The notes under the pieces are model-generated. The model saw only the letters and a program-made list of their open reading frames with translations, did no database searches and was not told the DNA's origin. Below, piece after piece: positions 57,800 through 64,000 of a DNA stretch of 64,000 nt. Source of the stretch: Alphaproteobacteria bacterium. GTDB lineage: Bacteria; Pseudomonadota; Alphaproteobacteria; UBA828. Every line of letters starts with the position of its first letter. Within the stretch, counting starts at the first letter, position 1. The stretch covers positions 1,025,893-1,089,892 of the forward strand of contig CBDFKL010000006.1 of assembly GCA_965248825.1 (NCBI GenBank), given 5' to 3'. A program made the position numbers and the translations under genes.

Positions 57800-58741
57800 A
57801 TGTCCGCCGATCCGCGCCCTGCCCGGAAACCCGGGACCGCCGCCGGCACCAGCCCGGTCACGCTCGGGATGCTGTTCGTCCTCGGCGTTTCCTTTGCGCT
57901 CGCCGTTTCGCTCAACCGGTTCGCGACGACCAGCGGCGTTCCGTTCGCACCTTATGTGTTTTGGCAATCGCTCGGCGGGGGCGCCGCGCTGCTGATCATG
58001 GCGGCTGCGCTTCGCCGCCTGCCGCCATTCGATTTCCCGCATGTTCGCGTCTATCTTTCCGCCGGCGCGTTGAATCTCGCCTTTCCCTACATGCTGCTTG
58101 CCTACCTCGCGCCCAAGGTGCCCGCGAGCCTGCTTTCGCTCGGCCTGTCGCTGGTCCCGGTCATGATCTATGCGCTGGCGCTGGCGCTCCGACTCGACCG
58201 GTTCCACCCGTTCCGTTTCGGCGGGATCCTGCTCGGGCTCGCCGGCATTCTCCTGGTGCTGGTGCCTCGGGCGAGTCTTCCGGCGCCGGGCATGGCCGGC
58301 TGGGTGGCGCTCGGCTTGTTGCCCTCGCTCTCCTACGCGGTCAACGCGGTGCTGGTCGCGCGGTGGCGGCCGCGGGAGACGACGTCACTGCCGCTCGCCG
58401 CGGGCCTCATGCTCGCCTCCGCGGCTTACGTCCTCCTGGTGATGGCCGCGACCGGGGACTGGTGGGCCTTCGGCGGCGCGTTCGGGGTCGGCCATGGGGC
58501 GACGATCGGCGCCATGGCCAACAACTGCGTCTCCTTCTACTTGGTCTTCGAGATCATTCGCCGCGCCGGCCCGGTGATTTTCTCGACCGTCAACTACATC
58601 GCCACGCTCTCCGGCATGGGCTTCGGCATCTGGTTCTTCAGCGACGCGCCATCGGCGTGGATCTGGGGCGCGGTCGTGCTGATGTTCGCCGGCCTCTTTC
58701 TGGTAACCGTGACCGGCCGCGGCCGCGGCGCGGCGGATTAG
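57800..58741 (+). CDS. EamA/DMT-superfamily transporter
   Basis: 313 aa, about 10 TM helices in two EamA-like halves. Confidence 0.75.
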   Translation: MSADPRPARKPGTAAGTSPVTLGMLFVLGVSFALAVSLNRFATTSGVPFAPYVFWQSLGGGAALLIMAAALRRLPPFDFPHVRVYLSAGALNLAFPYMLLAYLAPKVPASLLSLGLSLVPVMIYALALALRLDRFHPFRFGGILLGLAGILLVLVPRASLPAPGMAGWVALGLLPSLSYAVNAVLVARWRPRETTSLPLAAGLMLASAAYVLLVMAATGDWWAFGGAFGVGHGATIGAMANNCVSFYLVFEIIRRAGPVIFSTVNYIATLSGMGFGIWFFSDAPSAWIWGAVVLMFAGLFLVTVTGRGRGAAD

Positions 58742-58832
58742 CGCGTCGGCCGGGGCAGACGGGTACCCTGGCGGCGCCCCGAAGCGCGCCGCTTACCCGA
58801 CGATACCGGCCGTGAGGTGAGGTCGCGCGGCT

Positions 58833-59279
58833 TTACTTGACGCTGCGTTTGCGCCGCCGAACCTTCGTCCGCTTCTGGCCGAGGCCGATCTTCTTCGCGA
58901 ACTCGGACCGTCGCTTGGCGTAGCTGGGCGCGACCATCGGATAGTCGGGATCCAGTCCCCACTTCGCCCGATACTCGTCCGGCGTCATCCCGTAGGCCGT
59001 GCGCAAATGCCGCTTCAGCATTTTCAGTTTTCGGCCGTCCTCGAGGCAAATGACAAAGTCGGGCGTGACCGACTTCTTGATCGGAACGGCCGGCTTCAAC
59101 GGCTTGGCGGCTGCCGCGGTGCCGTCCTGTGCTTGCCTCAGAGAGGCATGGACGTTGCGAATGACCTCCGAAAGATCCGATGGGGCCACCGTATTATTGC
59201 CCACATAGGCGGTCACGACGTCTGCAGCCATTCGCAGGAGATCCTGGTCCTGGCTGGGATTCTGAGTCTGATCGTTCAT
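58833..59279 (-). CDS. mucR: MucR/Ros family transcriptional regulator (variant zinc finger: CLEDG instead of CLECG)
   Basis: Collinear with Ros/MucR (LLRMAADVVTAYVGNNTVAPSDL...VHASL...KPAVPIKKSVTPDFVICLEDGRKLKMLKRHLRTAYGMTPDEYRAKWGLDPDYPMVAPSYAKRRSEFAKKIGLGQKR). The second zinc-ligand Cys of Ros is replaced by Asp. Confidence 0.85.
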   Translation of the reverse strand: MNDQTQNPSQDQDLLRMAADVVTAYVGNNTVAPSDLSEVIRNVHASLRQAQDGTAAAAKPLKPAVPIKKSVTPDFVICLEDGRKLKMLKRHLRTAYGMTPDEYRAKWGLDPDYPMVAPSYAKRRSEFAKKIGLGQKRTKVRRRKRSVK

Positions 59280-59502
59280 CTCACTTGTTTTACTGTCGTT
59301 GACTGGATTCTTGAGCAACAGATATATCGACGAAGTGAGAACAATTGTCAAACCTTAATCTTTATGCCGTCGACGTCGGAACTACCTTGCCGGATGACCG
59401 GCCGCATTCTGATCGCTGCGGTGCCGGTGTTTCCGGGTGTTGCCCCTCTCTCGACTGTCGGCGTATACATAACCGCCAACCGACCGCCGCCTCGACACGG
59501 GC

Positions 59503-59937
59503 ATGCCAGACGAGAGAATTGCGATCGCCTCCGATCACGCGGGCGTCCAACTCAAGGCGGTGCTGCGCGCCGATCTGGAGGCGGTCGGCCGCGAGGTCAT
59601 CGACCTCGGCACCAGCGACGACGGGCCCGTCGACTATCCCGACTATGCGCAGGAGCTGGCGTCGGCGATCGAAACCGGCCGGGCGGAACGGGGCATCTTG
59701 ATCTGTGGTAGCGGCATCGGCATGAGCATCGCCGTCAATCGTTGCCGCGCCGTGCGCGGCGCGCTCTGCCACGATGAGGAGACGGCCAGGCTGGCGCGGG
59801 CCCACAATGACGCGAACGTCATCGCCCTCGGCGCGCGTCTCATGTCGGAAGACACCGCGCGCAAATGTCTGAGGACGTTTCTGGACACGACCTTCCAAGG
59901 CGGCCGCCATAGCCGGCGTGTCGCCAAGCTCTCCTGA
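59503..59937 (+). CDS. rpiB: Ribose-5-phosphate isomerase B
   Basis: RIAIASDHAGVQLKAVL...ILICGSGIGMSIAVNR...ANVIALGARL, 144 aa. Confidence 0.9.
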   Translation: MPDERIAIASDHAGVQLKAVLRADLEAVGREVIDLGTSDDGPVDYPDYAQELASAIETGRAERGILICGSGIGMSIAVNRCRAVRGALCHDEETARLARAHNDANVIALGARLMSEDTARKCLRTFLDTTFQGGRHSRRVAKLS

Positions 59938-59967
59938 AACGAACGGCAACAGAGGAACCGACCGGCC

Positions 59968-61278
59968 ATGGCTGTCTCACCGCTCGCTGAGTACGAGCCG
60001 GCAAACCCGTTCTTCTCGTGCTCGTTGCGGGACGCCGATCCGGCGGTGCACGCGGCGGTCGCCGGCGAGGTCGAGCGCCTGCAAACGACAATCGAGTTGA
60101 TCGCGTCCGAAAACATCGTGAGCCGGGCGGTGCTTGAGGCCCAAGGCTCGGTGCTCACCAACAAGTACGCCGAAGGCTATCCGGGACGGCGTTACTACGG
60201 CGGCTGCGACAACGTCGATGTCGGCGAGAGCCTCGCGATCGAGCGCGCGACGACCCTTTTCGGCTGTGGTTTCGCGAACGTGCAGCCCCATTCCGGGGCG
60301 CAAGCCAATCAGGCGGCGTTTCTTGCCTCGATCGAACCCGGTGACGTGTTCCTCGGAATGTCGCTCGCCGCGGGCGGACACCTGACCCATGGCGCCAAGC
60401 CGAACCTTTCGGGGAAATGGTTCAAGGCGGTTCAATATGGCGTCCGCAACGAGGATGCGCGGATCGATTTCGACGAGGTCGCCGCCCTCGCGGAGACGGA
60501 AAAGCCGAAGCTGATCCTGGCGGGCGGCTCGGCCTATCCGCGAATCATCGACTTCCGGCGCTTTCGCGAGATTGCCGACGCGGTGGGCGCGCTGTTCATG
60601 GTCGATATGGCCCATTTCGCGGGCTTGGTTGCGGCCGGGGTCTATCCGAGCCCCTTCCCCCATGCCCACATCGTCACGACGACCACTCACAAGACCCTGC
60701 GCGGCCCCCGCGGCGGCATGATCCTGACCGATGACGAGGGGTTGGCGAAACGGGTCGATACGGCCGTGTTCCCCGGGCTCCAAGGCGGGCCGCTGGAACA
60801 CGTCATCGCCGCCAAGGCGGTCGCGCTCGGCGAAGCGATGACGCCCGCGTTCAAGGACTATGCCGCGCGCGTCGTGGAGAATGCCAAAGTGTTGGCGCAA
60901 ACCCTGGCAGCCCGCGGCTACGACATCGTCTCGGGCGGGACGGACACTCATCTTCTGCTCGTCGATCTGCGCTCCAAAGGGCTGACCGGCAAGCGTGCCG
61001 AAGCCGTTCTGGAGAAGGCCGGGATCACCTGCAACAAGAACGGCGTGCCCTTCGATCCCGAGAAGCCTTGGGTGACATCCGGCATCAGGCTGGGCTCGCC
61101 GGCGGCCACCAGTCGCGGCTTCGGCCCGGCCGAATTCCGGCAGATCGCCGGCTGGATCGCCGATCTGCTCGATCGTGAGGTGCGCGAGCCGGCCGCAAGT
61201 GACGGCCTGGCGCTCGACGTGCGGGATGAAGTTCGGGCGCTGTGCAGCGCCTTTCCGGTCTATCCGGGCCAAGCCTGA
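59968..61278 (+). CDS. glyA: Serine hydroxymethyltransferase
   Basis: [39 protein letters not shown]...[14 protein letters not shown] (PLP lysine). Confidence 0.95.
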   Translation: MAVSPLAEYEPANPFFSCSLRDADPAVHAAVAGEVERLQTTIELIASENIVSRAVLEAQGSVLTNKYAEGYPGRRYYGGCDNVDVGESLAIERATTLFGCGFANVQPHSGAQANQAAFLASIEPGDVFLGMSLAAGGHLTHGAKPNLSGKWFKAVQYGVRNEDARIDFDEVAALAETEKPKLILAGGSAYPRIIDFRRFREIADAVGALFMVDMAHFAGLVAAGVYPSPFPHAHIVTTTTHKTLRGPRGGMILTDDEGLAKRVDTAVFPGLQGGPLEHVIAAKAVALGEAMTPAFKDYAARVVENAKVLAQTLAARGYDIVSGGTDTHLLLVDLRSKGLTGKRAEAVLEKAGITCNKNGVPFDPEKPWVTSGIRLGSPAATSRGFGPAEFRQIAGWIADLLDREVREPAASDGLALDVRDEVRALCSAFPVYPGQA

Positions 61279-61293
61279 GCGAGGAGGGGCATC

Positions 61294-61752
61294 GTGCGCT
61301 GTCCGTTCTGTGGCAATGACGACACGCAGGTCAAGGATTCGCGGCCGACGGAGGACAACACGGCGATCAGGCGCCGCCGGCAATGCGTCAATTGCGCCGG
61401 ACGGTTCACCACCTTCGAACGGATCCAACTCCGCGAGCTCGCCGTGATCAAGAGCGGCGGACGACGGGTGCCCTTCGAGCGCGAAAAGATGGCGCGCTCG
61501 ATGCAGATTGCGCTGCGCAAGCGGCCGGTCGAGGCCGACCGGATCGACCGGGTCGTCACCGGTATCGTGCGCCGGCTCGAGAGCCTGGGCGAAGCGGAGA
61601 TCCCGAGCAGCGTGATCGGGGAGATGGTGATGGACACGCTTGCGAGCCTCGATCAGGTCGCCTATGTCCGCTTCGCTTCCGTCTATCGGAACTTCAGCGA
61701 GAAGAGAGACTTCGAGGAGTTCATCGGCGGCCTGAGCGACGAGCGGGCCTGA
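61294..61752 (+). CDS. nrdR: Transcriptional repressor NrdR
   Basis: [66 protein letters not shown]: zinc ribbon plus ATP-cone. Confidence 0.95.
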   Translation: MRCPFCGNDDTQVKDSRPTEDNTAIRRRRQCVNCAGRFTTFERIQLRELAVIKSGGRRVPFEREKMARSMQIALRKRPVEADRIDRVVTGIVRRLESLGEAEIPSSVIGEMVMDTLASLDQVAYVRFASVYRNFSEKRDFEEFIGGLSDERA

Positions 61753-61756
61753 TCCG

Positions 61757-62875
61757 ATGGCGCCGGCCGAGGCGGCCCTCGACCGCCGCTTCATGGCGCT
61801 GGCGCTCGCGCTGGCGCGGCGCGGCCTGGGCACCGTATGGCCCAATCCGACGGTCGGCTGCGTGATCGTCCGCGACGCACAAATCGTCGGGCGCGGCTGG
61901 ACCCAGCCGGGCGGCCAGCCTCATGCCGAGACCGAGGCGCTCGCCCGCGCCGGAGCCGCGTCCCGTGGCGCGATCTGCTATGTCACGCTGGAGCCGTGCG
62001 CCCATCAGGGCGTGACTCCCGCTTGCGCCGATGCGCTCATCCGGGCCGGGATCGAGCGCGCCGTCATCGCCCTCGAAGACCCGGACCCGCGGGTCAATGG
62101 CCGCGGCGTCGCAGCGCTCGAGGCGGCGGGCATCGGTGTGACGCTTGATTGCCTGGCCGACGAGGCACGGGCGTTGAATGCCGGCTTCCTCTCACGGGTG
62201 GAACGGGGCCGGCCGCTGCTGACGCTCAAGACCGCGGCCAGCCTCGACGGCCGGATCGCCACGCGAACCGGCGACAGCCGGTGGATCACCGGCGCGCCAG
62301 CGCGCGCCTACGGGCACTTCCTGCGGGCCACCCACGACGCGGTCATCATAGGCGCCGCCAGCGCCGCAACCGACGATCCGGCGCTCACCTGCCGGCTTCC
62401 GGGCATGGCCGAGCGCAGCCCGGTCCGCATCGTGATCGACGGGAGAGCGCGGCTGCCCGCCGGCCACAAGCTGCTGGCCGGCGCCGGCGAGCATCCGACC
62501 TGGGTCGTGTCCACGCCGGCGCTCCGCTATGGCGGGCGTCGCGCGGCCTATCGGCGCGCGGGCGCGGATATCGTCGAGGTGGCGGCAGGCCCGAACCGGC
62601 GCCCGGATCTCCGCGCCGCGCTCGAGAGCCTCGCGACACGCGGCCTCACCCGCGTCCTGGTCGAGGGCGGGGGCCGCCTCGCGGGCGCGCTGCTCCGCGC
62701 CGGGCTGGTCGATCGAATCGCCTGGTTCCGCGCGCCGAGCCTGATCGGCGGGGACGGTATCGCGGCGCTGGCCCCGTTGGGCGTGGATCGGATCGAGGAC
62801 ATGCCGCGCTTCGTCCGGGCCTCTTCCGCGGCTCTCGGCCCGGACATGCTGGAAACCCTGGTCCCGGCATCGTAG
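61757..62875 (+). CDS. ribD: Bifunctional riboflavin biosynthesis protein RibD (deaminase/reductase)
   Basis: N-terminal CMP/dCMP deaminase motifs (HAETEAL...YVTLEPCAHQGVTPACADAL) and a C-terminal reductase domain. 372 aa. Starts 5 nt after the nrdR stop. Confidence 0.9.
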   Translation: MAPAEAALDRRFMALALALARRGLGTVWPNPTVGCVIVRDAQIVGRGWTQPGGQPHAETEALARAGAASRGAICYVTLEPCAHQGVTPACADALIRAGIERAVIALEDPDPRVNGRGVAALEAAGIGVTLDCLADEARALNAGFLSRVERGRPLLTLKTAASLDGRIATRTGDSRWITGAPARAYGHFLRATHDAVIIGAASAATDDPALTCRLPGMAERSPVRIVIDGRARLPAGHKLLAGAGEHPTWVVSTPALRYGGRRAAYRRAGADIVEVAAGPNRRPDLRAALESLATRGLTRVLVEGGGRLAGALLRAGLVDRIAWFRAPSLIGGDGIAALAPLGVDRIEDMPRFVRASSAALGPDMLETLVPAS

Positions 62876-62885
62876 ATGATCAGCC

Positions 62886-63479
62886 ATGTTCGCGGGAATC
62901 ATCACCGATGTCGGACGGGTTCGAGCAATCGTCGAAGCGGCCGGCGGTGACCGGCGGCTCGAGATCGAAACCGGGTACGACGTCGATACGATCGCGCTCG
63001 GCGCCTCCATCGCCTGCTCGGGACCGTGCCTGACCGTGGTCGGCAAGGGCCCGGGATGGTTTGCCGTCGATGTGTCTCGTGAAACGACGGCCCGGACCAC
63101 AATCGGCTTCTGGCGCCGGGGCACGCGGGTCAACCTCGAACGCGCCCTCAGGCTCGGCGACGAGGTCGGCGGTCACCTGGTAACCGGCCACATCGATGGC
63201 GTCGGTCTGGTCGAGACCGCGACTCCGGACGGCGGGTCGTTGCGCCTCTCGGTGCGCGGCCCGGCCTCATTGATGCGCTCCATTGCGACCAAGGGATCGA
63301 TCGCGATCGACGGCGTCTCGCTGACCGTGAACGAGCTCGATGGAGAGCTCTTCGGAATCAATCTCATCCCCCACACGCTTGCCGAGACCACCCTCGGAGA
63401 CTGCGCCCTGGGCGACCGGCTCAACCTTGAGATCGACCTGATCGCGCGCTACGTTGCGCGCCTGCACGCAACGGGTTGA
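62886..63479 (+). CDS. ribE: Riboflavin synthase (alpha subunit)
   Basis: MFAGIITDVGRV... with two lumazine-binding repeats (ACSGPCLTV / AIDGVSLTV). 197 aa. Confidence 0.9.
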   Translation: MFAGIITDVGRVRAIVEAAGGDRRLEIETGYDVDTIALGASIACSGPCLTVVGKGPGWFAVDVSRETTARTTIGFWRRGTRVNLERALRLGDEVGGHLVTGHIDGVGLVETATPDGGSLRLSVRGPASLMRSIATKGSIAIDGVSLTVNELDGELFGINLIPHTLAETTLGDCALGDRLNLEIDLIARYVARLHATG

Positions 63480-63487
63480 TGGGTCGA

Positions 63488-64000
63488 GATGCTGCAGGTC
63501 GCGCCGCCCTACAAGCTCTCGTCGGTCGAGGAAACCATCGAGGAATTCCGCAACGGGCGGATGGTCATCCTCGCCGACGACGAGGAGCGAGAGAACGAAG
63601 GCGATCTGGTGATCCCGGCCCAGATGGCCACGCCCGAGGCGATCAATTTCATGGCGAAATATGGTCGCGGGCTGATCTGCCTCGCCCTCAGCGCCGAGCG
63701 GGTGCGCGATCTCGGCCTGGAGCTGATGCCCAAGCGGAACGAATCCCGCCATGACACGGCTTTTACGGTCTCCATCGAGGCGCGCGAGGGCGTTACGACC
63801 GGGATCTCCGCGTCGGACCGCGCGCATACGATCTCGGTCGCCATCGATCCGAAGCGCGGATCGGACGACCTGACCTCGCCGGGCCACGTCTTCCCGCTCG
63901 CCGCCCGTGACGGCGGCGTGCTGGTACGAACCGGACATACCGAAGCGAGCGTCGATCTCGCGCGCCTGGCCGGACTCAACCCCTCGGCGGTGATCTGCGA
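63488..64000 (+). CDS. ribBA: 3,4-dihydroxy-2-butanone-4-phosphate synthase/GTP cyclohydrolase II (RibBA), 3'-truncated at window edge
   Basis: ATG at about 63488 opens a frame with no stop to the window end: [42 protein letters not shown]...[29 protein letters not shown] (DHBP synthase domain). Not listed in the ORF track because it has no stop. Confidence 0.85.

Noticed and set aside
1-64000. CRISPR arrays, IS elements, integrases, prophage or plasmid genes, and large direct repeats
   Set aside because: Scanning the spacers and the ORF translations, I saw no transposase or integrase-like proteins, no regularly spaced short repeats, and no abrupt compositional change apart from the two short AT-rich promoter islands.

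Overview
The window is a 64-kb chromosomal segment with roughly 68-70% GC. Gene content (ctaCDBGE-surf1-thrC synteny, MucR/Ros regulator, DUF1489/DUF1326 proteins, SPOR-domain DD-carboxypeptidase) points to an alphaproteobacterium. Coding is dense and runs on both strands. Most of it is housekeeping: branched-chain amino-acid ABC permeases, leucine/isovalerate-type catabolism (acyl-CoA carboxylase beta subunit plus hydratase), UDP-sugar synthesis (galU-ugd-pgm), the aa3 cytochrome oxidase cluster, tldD, the rpsM-rpsK-rpoA-rplQ operon, glyA-nrdR-ribD-ribE-ribBA, aroC, fabI, thrC and two peroxiredoxins. I found no rRNA, tRNA, CRISPR array, IS element or prophage. The one region I would call a possibly undescribed system is a genuine paaG-paaK pair (phenylacetyl-CoA isomerase and phenylacetate-CoA ligase) followed, with translational coupling, by an uncharacterised roughly 364-aa ferritin-like diiron protein carrying two DExxH motifs, in place of a paaABCDE oxygenase. 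Other points worth a second look: a VWA protein plus DjlA-like J-domain membrane protein that heads the UDP-sugar operon; a stand-alone COG1067 Lon-like AAA+ protease; a gcdH-otnK-otnC operon; a MucR regulator with a Cys-to-Asp zinc-finger variant behind an AT-rich promoter island; a translationally chained thrC-M16 peptidase-tusA-GNAT operon; and an AT-rich island upstream of the SPOR-domain carboxypeptidase. Coordinates derived from the ORF track are codon-exact. Start-codon choices, and coordinates I read directly from the printed sequence, can be off by 1-2 nt.
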